Source of the DNA: a virus
IMG/VR virus record: IMGVR_UViG_3300033143_001480
Location: 1-44,874 of that record
Direction: 5' to 3' (one strand)
Length of the DNA stretch: 44,874 nucleotides
Shown here: piece by piece, positions 31,601 to 40,578 of the stretch
Numbering within the stretch: the stretch's first letter is position 1
Layout of the letters: every line of letters begins with the position of its first letter
Translations under genes and position numbers: made by a program
Notes under the pieces: generated by a model
Database searches by the model: none
What the model was told of the DNA's origin: nothing
Seen by the model: the letters and a program-made list of their open reading frames with translations, nothing else

Positions 31601-34244
31601 TAGCAGAATCTCTCACCATGTCAGATGTAATAACATCAAGCTTAGCATAGTCCGTACCAAGAGTAGATGCTACAGCATTATGTACTCCTTGGGTGTAAAG
31701 ACGCTGCTGTCCCTTGATGATAACCATATTCTCTAATAGGTTTCCGTCTACTCCTGCGAAAGGTTTAGTATCATAAGCTACCTTCACATGCTGAGGGATA
31801 TTAAATATATCTACATCGTCAGCTGTAGCAGAGAGTGAACCTTGCTTTCGTAAGCGAGAAGAGTATTCTTTAGCATAAGACTGTAATGCATACAGATCAT
31901 CTACTTCACCTCCTCCTATAGCATGCTCTCCACTAAGATACTTAGGGCGAACATTTACCATAGAGGCTATCTCATCTTGGGTAAGCTGCTTGGCTCGTAC
32001 CATATAGGAGTTAACTACATCCTCAGGTAATGGACGTACTATATCACCGAAGAGCTGCTTAAAGGTAGGAGCTTCGTTAGCCATTTTCTTAGGAAACTGA
32101 GTAAAGTAAGAGAAGGCGTCAGCCATAAGCTCATGTTCTTCGTTAAGATATTCAGACCACTCTGCAACCTTAGCTGTATCTCCATTAGCTTTGTAAGTCT
32201 CCAAGTTCTTCCAAGCCTTAGCTCTTCTTACCTTAGAGACAGCTATCAACTCTTTATGCAGTGCAGTTCTAGAAGAAGCAGGTACTCCACCTATATCTAG
32301 GAGTACATCAAACTTCCTGTGCCCTTCTTCATGGAGAAGAGTAGATACCAACTCATGCAAAGGCTTTCTAGTAATGAACTTCTTGTTGAGAACTATCTTA
32401 CCTAAGCCTGCACCTCCCCCTCCAGTAGGTCTAGAGAAGTGAGCAATGATTCCGCTCTCCAAATTCTCTGTAACAAAATCTAAACCTAAAATACTCCTTA
32501 GCTTAGCTACGACTACCTTAGGATCTGAACCTATAGAGCCTCGCGCAGTAGCGTCCTGGAGCTTACCAGCTACCTCACTCTTAGAAGCTTCAAGTACCTG
32601 CTTCATATTACTCACGTTAGGGAACTCTGCTAGCTCACCTGACTGAGTCTTCACTTTAAAATTTATTAGGTCTTCATCGCCTAGCTCACGTGCAGCCTTC
32701 TCAAACAAAGGGATATCATTAATATCTATTACTACTGGCTTAGCTTTAGTAGGAGTTAACTTAGGAGAGTGCGCCGCCCAGTAGTGCCTAGCCTGAGTCT
32801 CTAAAGGCTCTGAGCCTAAGATGTCATACCTACTCTTAGTATGATCTACAGTAAACTCCCACTTTCTTTTACCCGCGCGAACTGTATTCTTAACTACAGA
32901 AATAGATTCCCCTTTCTCCAAGGTATCTGCTAGGTGAGTAACAGCTCCGAGATCAGAAGAGGTTCTACCAGCGTCATCACCAAAAGAGCGTATGAAACCT
33001 ACCTGCAAGTCAGCTAACTTAGAAGCTTCATCTGCAGTAGCATTACCTTTCGCCACCTTAGTATTTATTCTAGCTATCTCTTTCTCTACTTTCGTAAGAG
33101 TGCCTACCCTAGATACTTCTTTCGCACCTATGAATACACCTAGCTGTTTCTGCTTAGATATACCCTTCGCTGTATCATACATAGTCTGGGCAGCTACTTG
33201 ATCTCCGCCAGCCATAGTACCTATTTCAGTCCGTATCCGCAGGTTCAGTGTCTCTACCTTAGATATTGCAGACTGTTTAAGGTATGTAACTCTCTCAGCA
33301 CCGACAGCTGCTTCAGAAGGAATCTTAGGAATAGAGTGCATCTGATCGAAATCTAATGCTACCTTCTCATAAGACTGCGTACCTTTCTCATAATCTTCTA
33401 TATGTCTCCAAGGCATAGCAGCTCTATCTGCCGTCTTAGCTGCACCTTTTACCTTAAAATATGCGCCTGCGCCCGAGACAACTCCACCAACTCCTCCGAA
33501 GACAACTCCTCCCCAAGCCACATTAGACATCAAATCTCCAAAGTCTTGATTCTCAAGTACAGGAGAGTTAAATAAGGTAGCAGCTACAGCAACTTCAAAG
33601 GCAGTAGCCTCTAGTACCTGCTGTCCTGCTCCGGCCATCATAGCTCGGATAGTATTCTTATTAGCTAGTACAGGAGCAGAAGAAGACTTAGCTACTTGCT
33701 CCACAGCTCTAGCTATCCAACGCTCCTTATCAGGTACCAGAAGACGTAAGGCCTTAGCTGTATGGGTGCCGAACTTATTCGCTACCAGAGCTGCTCTCAA
33801 ACTACTCTGCCCGGCATTCATAATCTTTATTCCACCTAAGCCAGGAACCATAGAGCTAGCTATGAATCCTACCATATCAGCTCCTTCTTTGTGCTCTTTG
33901 TAGAAAGAACCTAAGTCAGAGTCCATAGCAGAGATGACATCAGCAGTATTAGTTATTTCATACTCAGCGCCAAAGAGATTACCTATCTCCTTAGGAGCGT
34001 TATATAGCTGATGAACTCCTGAGATAGCAGCTGCGCGTATGAAGTTAGGAATATCTTGTATAGTCTCTGCAGCTGAGTCTGCGAAGCTCTGATCTTTGTT
34101 AGCTATAGAGAGAGTATTAGCAGAGGTCATGTAGGAAGGCATGAAGAGTTGCTTGGAGCTAGGAGTTTCCCCTTCACTTGCAGGAGCTGCCTGGGAAGCT
34201 ATCATCTCTTCATAAGCCGTTCTATAAGCTGTTGGTTCAGCCAT
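28695..34244 (-). CDS. Giant internal virion/ejection protein candidate with HExxH motif (1849 aa)
   Basis: Last gene of the late arm, at the T7 gp16-like position. Glycine-zipper hydrophobic segments such as VAWGGVVFGGVGGVVSGAGAYF. HEEGH at aa 638-642 (32319-32333), with EEHELMAD about 62 aa downstream. Confidence 0.7.
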   Translation of the reverse strand: MAEPTAYRTAYEEMIASQAAPASEGETPSSKQLFMPSYMTSANTLSIANKDQSFADSAAETIQDIPNFIRAAAISGVHQLYNAPKEIGNLFGAEYEITNTADVISAMDSDLGSFYKEHKEGADMVGFIASSMVPGLGGIKIMNAGQSSLRAALVANKFGTHTAKALRLLVPDKERWIARAVEQVAKSSSAPVLANKNTIRAMMAGAGQQVLEATAFEVAVAATLFNSPVLENQDFGDLMSNVAWGGVVFGGVGGVVSGAGAYFKVKGAAKTADRAAMPWRHIEDYEKGTQSYEKVALDFDQMHSIPKIPSEAAVGAERVTYLKQSAISKVETLNLRIRTEIGTMAGGDQVAAQTMYDTAKGISKQKQLGVFIGAKEVSRVGTLTKVEKEIARINTKVAKGNATADEASKLADLQVGFIRSFGDDAGRTSSDLGAVTHLADTLEKGESISVVKNTVRAGKRKWEFTVDHTKSRYDILGSEPLETQARHYWAAHSPKLTPTKAKPVVIDINDIPLFEKAARELGDEDLINFKVKTQSGELAEFPNVSNMKQVLEASKSEVAGKLQDATARGSIGSDPKVVVAKLRSILGLDFVTENLESGIIAHFSRPTGGGGAGLGKIVLNKKFITRKPLHELVSTLLHEEGHRKFDVLLDIGGVPASSRTALHKELIAVSKVRRAKAWKNLETYKANGDTAKVAEWSEYLNEEHELMADAFSYFTQFPKKMANEAPTFKQLFGDIVRPLPEDVVNSYMVRAKQLTQDEIASMVNVRPKYLSGEHAIGGGEVDDLYALQSYAKEYSSRLRKQGSLSATADDVDIFNIPQHVKVAYDTKPFAGVDGNLLENMVIIKGQQRLYTQGVHNAVASTLGTDYAKLDVITSDMVRDSANRIGSGSKLYSAASSNYGSLAATTEHLGNVTTGIIEKFQKATREAIEPALYKLGQNQAAAVEWATINATLRSIPDRYVLDSAGKFLEPAVIARWKQKVKAVRALNEMKLAKNKAAGKAPPKKLKQEPARPVLQTEGAPEVIPFKHPESLDLAKLHIERNGKRVDSLRGVRNAQGATDTREAGVFYPTPVDPKDYPFFALVSDESITGQGMGHTKTLYATTEKELAAQISKVKENPHLRVRTKGEAERYYKSIGQWDVEKTLSDNYLDNAMHRKGVSAPHFVPTEPKKIIDDLLNWHMQRESGLVRETIAANYEVPFKELKTLGEKYTDIATSKFSNTSLLKYADEVVENPYGSYIKTALGLKNYADYPWWVATNRMADDAVSKVYNRIAGAVETAKTPKELAAVNSMLEQSGYKGAAYDESMELFANSNVSKGILTAAVQKANSILATITLRLDFLNAANNAISANVLLGAETKAVIRAIEASDTNAVGQLAKLGKITVPGTNKMILSPSKLIANSMKRFGKDTPEMAFYRDNRFITSISDQYRWTLESMTYNGKESVQAWSGRVDDVHSALRNAANTGEKWTGNKLAEEFNRFVAADVMKQITDVAVKNKIMTGKQQLAYINTFVNRTQGNYLAAQRPMAFAGPIGQAIGLFQTYQFNLMQQLLRHVGEGASKDAMTLLALQGTIHGLNGLPAFNAVNTHILGNASGNQEHRDVYDTTYGILGKQAGDWLMFGVASNMLIHPDLKVNLYTRGDINPRHVTILPSSPADVPIIGASTKFFSNLFETAGKLKAGGDVATTLLQGLEHNGISRPLAGLAQTLEAAANPLGQSYSTSNRGNVIASNDLLSIANLGRMAGGKPLDEAIAIDATFRLTSYGLKDSRKRQALGEAIKTTLIAGQDPTQEQIEGFAESYAATGGKQEQFNSWMGNLYKTANVSQANKIQDGLGSNFSQNMQEIMGGYRLKDFEGL

Positions 34245-36115
34245 TATTCTTCTCCTTCTTCGTCTGCGTCTGCGTCCTCAAATAGAGGCTTCTGATCTGG
34301 TAAGACTGCTAGCATCTTAGCTATTACCTGCTGCACTTGAGAGTACTCTGTAAGATCTACCTTCTGCGTATCTGCTAAGAAGCTAGTTCCAAATAACGTA
34401 TCAGATAGAGCACCTGCGAAAGCAACAGGGATTGCTGCCAACGGATTAACAGTAGTCCCTGGAATTAGGCCTCTGAACTCTCCGATAGACCCTTCTATCT
34501 CTACTTCTGTATTATAAGAGTCCTGTACAGGGAGAGCTCCACGAGCAAACATCTTAGTAGTGTTATTATAATCCCCGGCTGCGCTGAAGATTTGAACTAC
34601 TCCTTGTGCTGCCTGCTCAGGAGAGATAGCTCCAGTTCTTACGCCCAGTACAACTGCTTCGAGTATTCTCTTAGGAGAGGTCTCCACCATAGCAGCTAGT
34701 TCAGGAACCTCTCTAAAAGCTGCGCTCTGCTTAACTCTTGTGTATTCCTTAAGAGCTGTCATAGGAGGAGCTAGATATTCGTTAGTAGTATCTCCTTCTG
34801 TTATGTTAGCTGCATATCCTGCATACACTGCGTTAGCTTTTAAAGTAAATGCTTCTTCAGCTTCCTGCTGTTTCATAGGCTTAGTATTCCTAGATGCAGT
34901 CCTGTCTGCCATTACCGAGCCCATAATCTTCTCTTGCTGTCTCACTAACTCAGTCTTAGGTGCACCAGGAGTAGTTACCATAGCAGTCACAGCTGCAGCC
35001 TTACCTGGAGTGTTAGCGAAAGGAACATTACCTTCTTCTCCTGGTTCAGCTGAGCCTACCGAGTTACCTAACTGCATCAGAGTTCTATTCCTGTCGCTGA
35101 CCTTACCTTTCCTGAGATCAAAACGAATAGTGTCTGCATCTTGTTCAGGCTGGTTAGCTAAGGCTAGGCCTTTTTGAATAGAAGCTACCATAGAATCCTC
35201 TACTCTTACCTTGAGTTCTCTCTGAGTCTTAGCGTCTTCATACTGCTCAATCTGTAGTTCTTGACTCCTCTTAGTAAGCTCGAACTGTTCAGCTCTCTGT
35301 GCTGCAACCTTCTCTTGGTTATACAGCCTGTATTGCGAGGTTCTAGCTTCAGCTACTCTTCCAGCAGCAATCACACCTCTTTCCACCTGCACAGCATTAG
35401 TAGAGAGAGCTTGCAATTGCGCTTTAGAGGCAGCTACTGTTGTAGTAGCAGCTATCTCAGTCTGGTGTGCAGCTATAGTAGCTTCATTCACAGACACTTT
35501 AAGATTGTTAGCTACAACCTTATTAGATTCAGAAGCTGCAGCTAGGTTATTTATGTTCTGGTCAATAATATTAAGAGAGGTAATCTCAGCTGCAAACTCT
35601 TCCTCTTCATCAGAAGCAGAGAAGTTATTAATCATATCATCAAAGAAGTCGATACCTGTAATCTCTCGGTCATAGATCTGATTCAGCTCTTCTTGTTTAG
35701 CTCTTACTCTATCAGAAGCTACCTTGCGATCTTGGTTAAGAAGAAGCATGTGCTCCTGCCCTCCGGCTGCATTAGTAGCTTTGATAGAAGCATTCTGCGC
35801 TTCGAGTTCTGCAGTGTCAGCTACCTTAGCTTGTAATGCTACAGCCTCTCCTTGAGTGAAAAGAGCTTCCTCTAAAGAGGCAGATACAGTAGCTCTCTGA
35901 GAAGCTATCTCCTGCATCTTAGCTTCGCCAGCTATCGCTGCTACTGAGTACTTATCCGTAGCAGCATTAGCAGCAGCAACCACAGGGTTAACTCTATTTT
36001 CTTGTGAAGCTGCCTTAGCTACTTCTATTATCTCTGGATTAGCTATAGCTTCATCTATAAGAGCTTGGAAGTCTGGAGCTGGATCTGCTGCACCTATTGC
36101 TATTGATTGTGCCAT
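34244..36115 (-). CDS. Internal virion (core) protein candidate, coiled-coil rich (623 aa)
   Basis: T7 gp15-like position. Ala/Gln/Glu-rich helical sequence. 1-nt overlap with the 1849-aa gene. Confidence 0.6.
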   Translation of the reverse strand: MAQSIAIGAADPAPDFQALIDEAIANPEIIEVAKAASQENRVNPVVAAANAATDKYSVAAIAGEAKMQEIASQRATVSASLEEALFTQGEAVALQAKVADTAELEAQNASIKATNAAGGQEHMLLLNQDRKVASDRVRAKQEELNQIYDREITGIDFFDDMINNFSASDEEEEFAAEITSLNIIDQNINNLAAASESNKVVANNLKVSVNEATIAAHQTEIAATTTVAASKAQLQALSTNAVQVERGVIAAGRVAEARTSQYRLYNQEKVAAQRAEQFELTKRSQELQIEQYEDAKTQRELKVRVEDSMVASIQKGLALANQPEQDADTIRFDLRKGKVSDRNRTLMQLGNSVGSAEPGEEGNVPFANTPGKAAAVTAMVTTPGAPKTELVRQQEKIMGSVMADRTASRNTKPMKQQEAEEAFTLKANAVYAGYAANITEGDTTNEYLAPPMTALKEYTRVKQSAAFREVPELAAMVETSPKRILEAVVLGVRTGAISPEQAAQGVVQIFSAAGDYNNTTKMFARGALPVQDSYNTEVEIEGSIGEFRGLIPGTTVNPLAAIPVAFAGALSDTLFGTSFLADTQKVDLTEYSQVQQVIAKMLAVLPDQKPLFEDADADEEGEE

Positions 36116-36169
36116 TGGGTGTACCTCGTAATATAGATCAGAGCGGATTGTATTCTTACTAGATTCTGC

Positions 36170-36697
36170 TTAGAAAATTCTGTCTAATAAGCCTTGCTTA
36201 TCAGTGGTAGTGTCAGTAGAAGAGCTAAAGTCTTCTCCTCCTCGCTGACCAGTAAGAGACTTGGCGAAGGAACCTGACTCTTCAGAGGTCTCTTCTTCTG
36301 TGGTGCTGACTTTCTTAGCAGTTAATTTAGCAATCTCTCCTGCTAAAGAAGCTAAGAGATTACCTCCAGCTATTCCACTAACCGAAGATCCTGAAAACCC
36401 AGAAGCCTTATCAGCACCAAAGATAGAAGCTAAGCCTTGAGTGCCTCCTAAGATCTGCTTCATTATTTGATCTATGCCAGCTTTGTCTATCTCTAGGAAG
36501 GATTCACTTCTGCCTGTTCCACTACCAGCTACTTGAGATGTATCTAGAGCTTGAGTATCTGTAGTTGAGAACTTACTGGACGTTCCGCTCCCTGAGCCAG
36601 TTACAGTAGAAGACCCTCCGAAAAGAGACTCTGCTATGTCTACTCCCATCTGTGCTTGCTCTAATCCGCTTGCTCCTCCTGTTCCTTTGCTAGCCAT
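36170..36697 (-). CDS. Gly/Ser/Thr-rich virion protein candidate (175 aa)
   Basis: T7 gp14-like position. Low-complexity sequence. Confidence 0.55.
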   Translation of the reverse strand: MASKGTGGASGLEQAQMGVDIAESLFGGSSTVTGSGSGTSSKFSTTDTQALDTSQVAGSGTGRSESFLEIDKAGIDQIMKQILGGTQGLASIFGADKASGFSGSSVSGIAGGNLLASLAGEIAKLTAKKVSTTEEETSEESGSFAKSLTGQRGGEDFSSSTDTTTDKQGLLDRIF

Positions 36698-36698
36698 A

Positions 36699-36920
36699 TT
36701 ACTTCTCCTTACCTTTAGCTTCTGTCTGCTTAGATTCTTTGGCCTTACCTACTGCCAAAGCTATAGCTTCTATAATCTTATATGCCTTGCCAACCTTAGT
36801 AGCAGTAGTAGCTACGTAAGCACTGGCGCCGAGATGAGCCAATAGAGCAGTTACTATAGTAGCTACAGTTTCAGGCTGCTCTTGTAAGAAGTTGAGTAAA
36901 AGTGACGTTAAATTATCCAT
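36699..36920 (-). CDS. Small membrane protein, holin-like topology (73 aa)
   Basis: Hydrophobic TVATIVTALLAHLGASAYVA and IIEAIALAV, followed by a Lys/Glu-rich tail. Confidence 0.5.
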   Translation of the reverse strand: MDNLTSLLLNFLQEQPETVATIVTALLAHLGASAYVATTATKVGKAYKIIEAIALAVGKAKESKQTEAKGKEK

Positions 36921-36943
36921 AAGTAGCTCCTAAGCTAAGTTTG

Positions 36944-37378
36944 TTAATAAGCTGATACAACATGCCAGTTGATCCCATCGCTTTGCACAGTAAATACACT
37001 GTTAACTACAGTAAAACTCAAAGAACCAAAGCCGTCTATTAACTCAGCTCCAGCAGGATTAAGAGTTACTGCATTAGTTATATCTACTGCCTTCATAGCA
37101 TACCTGGTACCTTTTATTCCTACAGCTGTAGGTAAGGTTACGTCTACTGTATTAGAAGTTCCATCAGCTAATATAGTACCATCTTTACGTGTGATAGTAT
37201 AGGTAGAATCCGTAACTGTTTCCACGTGTCTTAAACCTGCGCGATCTATCTCAGCTACTAATAGTTCCACAGCTAACTTAAGTTCGTCAAATACCTCAGC
37301 TAACTCTGGATCTTCTATGTTAGATACTCTATCTAAGTTAGTGAATATAGAGCTATTAAGTGTAAATATAGTACTCAT
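36944..37378 (-). CDS. Small beta-rich virion protein, possible fibre/receptor-binding accessory (144 aa)
   Basis: N-terminal helix, then beta-rich VDVTLPTAVGIKGTRYAMKAVD...VQSDGINWHVV. Confidence 0.55.
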   Translation of the reverse strand: MSTIFTLNSSIFTNLDRVSNIEDPELAEVFDELKLAVELLVAEIDRAGLRHVETVTDSTYTITRKDGTILADGTSNTVDVTLPTAVGIKGTRYAMKAVDITNAVTLNPAGAELIDGFGSLSFTVVNSVFTVQSDGINWHVVSAY

Positions 37379-37387
37379 AAGAGTCTC

Positions 37388-37415
37388 CTATCTTCTGCCT
37401 GCTATCTTCTGCCTG
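37388..37415. repeat. Perfect 14-bp tandem duplication spanning the stop of 37402..39024
   Basis: CTATCTTCTGCCTG occurs at 37388-37401 and 37402-37415. Confidence 0.95.
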
Positions 37416-39024
37416 CTAGACTATAAGTGACTTGCAACTCAGTAAGAGCAAACTCACCTTCTAGTACCAGGGAATGACTCTTCCCTACGGTTCTTAGCTT
37501 ATAGGTAGTTAGTCTTGCTGCTTCGGAAGTCTCAGTAGCAACTACAGTGGAAGAGATAGAGTTTCCATCTAGAGATACATTGTCATTAACTGTAAGAGAA
37601 TCTCCTGAGAATGTAGACTCTACCTCTATCTCATGTAACTCTGTAAGATGCGTAGCCGTGTGCTGCAACTTTCCTAGTATTAATACTCCTGAGGTAGCTC
37701 CAGATGGAGGAGGAGATACCATTATCTTAATAGCTCCATCTGCAGTAAGGAAGCATATACCAAACTTCTCTGGTCCTATATCAGCAGACTCTGCTCTGTG
37801 AGGGGCTTCGATAACATCTACGTGGTCAAGCTTTATCTTACCAAACTTCTTCAGAAATATGTCGTATATAACAGCGTGAGTAAGTTCATCTACCATAGTT
37901 GAGGTCTGATCAGGCATACCATAGCTTAGTATAAGATAGCGAGAAGATAAGAAAGTTAGCTTCTTCTTAACAATAGCTGAAGCTATCACTTCCGATAACT
38001 GCTTAGTAGTAGAATTGTAAATTTCAAATATCCTTCCTGAGAGGAAATCAGTTACTTCTGGCAGTATAGGAGTTATACGTTGAGTACTGACGGAGACTAA
38101 TCCCTTGCTTGTGTATGCGTAATGTAGTTCAGAGCTAGCTTCATAAGCTACTAGGTTTATATTCCGTATATACTCTCCTACTGAGGCGTGTGTAAATAGC
38201 CCTGTCTCTTCTGACCAAGAGAATCCAGAGGAGCCGGAGACTTCTTTAAGTTTAAAAGGGTACTGAGAGTTACCTGTATAAGTTGCAGCTACTATATTAT
38301 CTGCGCAGTAGATTAGGAATCCTGCTGCTATAGGTAGGCAGAATAGTATCTTACCTTTAGCGTCTGCGACATCCCCTATGCCTGCTCCTGTTACTTCGCT
38401 GGGTGTAAAATCAGTAGGATCTATAGTGCTGCTCCAAGCTATCTCAGTGTTAGTCCAAACTATGAGATATCCAGCAGAGGCTACCAGCCCATTAATGCCA
38501 GCAGGAGCCCCTGTTAAGGTTACAGCTGTCCTAGCAGGACTGTTTCCATCTATATCAAATACAGTATAAGTAGTACTTCCGACCTCGTCATATATATAAG
38601 TCACGCTATTAAGAGTAGCAGAAAAAGTAAAGTTATCTAAGAAGTCAGTGTTAGAAGTAGGAGTTAGCAGTGTGGCTTCTGTTCTCCACTCATCATTCAG
38701 AAGAGAGGAAAAATTTACTTTACCTGAGTCCTTTATTAGCATCATTGCTGGAGTACCTGCTGCACCGGTAGTACCTTTTACATACCTAACTCCTAGTACT
38801 TTATCTGTGCCTAAGGTAATACTAGAGGCAGGTACGCCGTCAATAAAACCTACTGTAGACATACCTTGAGCTGTAGGCATAACATTCTCTGCGTATAGGA
38901 TTCCAGGAGGCTGCTTATCTGGGCCACTCCCTTTCTGAGGAGCCATCTCTGTTCTACTTACATGCTTAGATAGCATAGGTATATCTGCAGTAGCTAGAGG
39001 TAAAGAGTATTTTCTTTGTGCCAT
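37402..39024 (-). CDS. Tail tubular B/nozzle candidate (540 aa)
   Basis: Call rests on synteny only: it follows the 196-aa adaptor-size gene and precedes the core-protein block. Confidence 0.5.
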   Translation of the reverse strand: MAQRKYSLPLATADIPMLSKHVSRTEMAPQKGSGPDKQPPGILYAENVMPTAQGMSTVGFIDGVPASSITLGTDKVLGVRYVKGTTGAAGTPAMMLIKDSGKVNFSSLLNDEWRTEATLLTPTSNTDFLDNFTFSATLNSVTYIYDEVGSTTYTVFDIDGNSPARTAVTLTGAPAGINGLVASAGYLIVWTNTEIAWSSTIDPTDFTPSEVTGAGIGDVADAKGKILFCLPIAAGFLIYCADNIVAATYTGNSQYPFKLKEVSGSSGFSWSEETGLFTHASVGEYIRNINLVAYEASSELHYAYTSKGLVSVSTQRITPILPEVTDFLSGRIFEIYNSTTKQLSEVIASAIVKKKLTFLSSRYLILSYGMPDQTSTMVDELTHAVIYDIFLKKFGKIKLDHVDVIEAPHRAESADIGPEKFGICFLTADGAIKIMVSPPPSGATSGVLILGKLQHTATHLTELHEIEVESTFSGDSLTVNDNVSLDGNSISSTVVATETSEAARLTTYKLRTVGKSHSLVLEGEFALTELQVTYSLAGRR

Positions 39025-39045
39025 GTGCTTATACCTTAGTTTCTG

Positions 39046-39282
39046 TTAGTGTTTCGGCCAGTTAGTGATAGTTAACCAGAAGGTTGTGAGAGAAGCAGCT
39101 GTAATAGCAAACCACTTAGCTATCGTACCTGTAAGCGCCATAAGTTTAATTACGGACTTTCCATCTCTAAAGAGTTCAACTACCTCTGCTACTGAATCTT
39201 TAAGCTCTTTAAGCTCTTCCCTTAACAGAGCTATCTCTAAGCTAAGATCCTCTGCGCTCTTCTCGTCGTGTTCTAAACTCAT
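39046..39282 (-). CDS. Small protein with coiled-coil N-terminus and C-terminal membrane segment (78 aa)
   Basis: LEIALLREELKELKDS followed by LMALTGTIAKWFAITAASLTTFWLTI. Confidence 0.5.
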   Translation of the reverse strand: MSLEHDEKSAEDLSLEIALLREELKELKDSVAEVVELFRDGKSVIKLMALTGTIAKWFAITAASLTTFWLTITNWPKH

Positions 39283-39285
39283 TCT

Positions 39286-39876
39286 CTAATATCCCACATC
39301 TGATATAGCAGTTCGCATCATGATATCCAGCTGCTCCCCTGCAAGATCCCTATAAGTATTAGACTGCTCAGTATCTCCAGTCATCTTAAAGACAACTCTA
39401 GCAGCTTCGTATATAATCGTATAAGGGTATTGATCATCTACCCAAGAAGAGTACCCACCGTCAGTTATAACAGGAAGAGTATAAGCTCCTACTATTATAT
39501 GCTCCTCCTCTGTATCCATACGGATAAGAAGGTTCACACCAGCTACATAGCCTACATTAACCTTCTCGATTCCGTAAGTATCCATAATTTCTTCTGCTGC
39601 TATCACTTCTATAAAATCACCTGAAGTAGCTTCTGTATTATCATACTTGCGTATATATTTCAAAGCGCGAAAGTTAGTAATAGAAGCTCCATAGTCCACA
39701 GTCTGCAAGTAAGCTGCTGATCCCATATCAATCACTGTCTCAGATACATCTCGTGTATAGAAGTCTGACATGTGAACTTTTAAAGTAGCAGCTTTAATCG
39801 CAATGGTAGTTTCAGCTACTAAATCTGATCTGTTAGTTAGTGTATATACTTCTGTAAGGAGGTTTGCTAAGCTCAT
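39286..39876 (-). CDS. Adaptor/tail tubular A candidate (196 aa)
   Basis: Size and position only. 4-nt overlap with the upstream gene. Confidence 0.45.
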   Translation of the reverse strand: MSLANLLTEVYTLTNRSDLVAETTIAIKAATLKVHMSDFYTRDVSETVIDMGSAAYLQTVDYGASITNFRALKYIRKYDNTEATSGDFIEVIAAEEIMDTYGIEKVNVGYVAGVNLLIRMDTEEEHIIVGAYTLPVITDGGYSSWVDDQYPYTIIYEAARVVFKMTGDTEQSNTYRDLAGEQLDIMMRTAISDVGY

Positions 39877-40577
39877 AATGATATCCCTAAGGCTAAGTTC
39901 TGTACTGACCCAGTAGGGACTATGATAGCCTCTGCTGGTGTGCTTCCGCTACCTCCTCCTATAGAGCCTGCATATATCTGGAGATCTAAGGCAGGAAGCT
40001 GTAAATCTACTGTGGCAGCTACTGTATAGGTAATAGTTATCTTTGCAGCGTTCCCTGCTCCGAAGCTATAGTCATGGAACTGTACACGCTCTCCAGAAGC
40101 ACTGCCGTTATCTTTCAATACTAGGCCTAAAGCATTACCACTAGCCCAGCTAGCTCTATCTACTATCTCCTGAACGATAGCAGCACAGTCATCTAATACT
40201 AGCGTAGTTTCATCTACTAAGTCAGTAGTATATACATAAGTTCTATCTACTAACGCAGTTGTCTGTGCTATCTGAGAAGGTCGATTACTTGCTCCGAAGG
40301 GAGACATATCGTCAACGTCAAACCCTTGCATCCTTGTAACGATATCACCAGTGCCGGCAAGAGCTTTAACAAACAGTTCCACAGAAGCTGTAAGTATGGT
40401 GACGCCTTTAGGGATAGTAACATTATCCCATAGCATACCCATATCGCTAGAAGTCCCTGCTACATCACCTACTACTGCTCCGTAGGCGCCTTGGCCAACT
40501 AAGTACCAAGTAGTATCGCCTGCCTCCTCTCCGTCATGAGCATCTGCTGATATCTGAGATGGGCCAAATACAGGCAT
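39873..40577 (-). CDS. Hypothetical virion protein (234 aa)
   Basis: Beta-rich ORF starting 2 nt after the stop of the 909-aa gene. Confidence 0.6.
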   Translation of the reverse strand: MPVFGPSQISADAHDGEEAGDTTWYLVGQGAYGAVVGDVAGTSSDMGMLWDNVTIPKGVTILTASVELFVKALAGTGDIVTRMQGFDVDDMSPFGASNRPSQIAQTTALVDRTYVYTTDLVDETTLVLDDCAAIVQEIVDRASWASGNALGLVLKDNGSASGERVQFHDYSFGAGNAAKITITYTVAATVDLQLPALDLQIYAGSIGGGSGSTPAEAIIVPTGSVQNLALGISL

Positions 40578-40578
40578 A

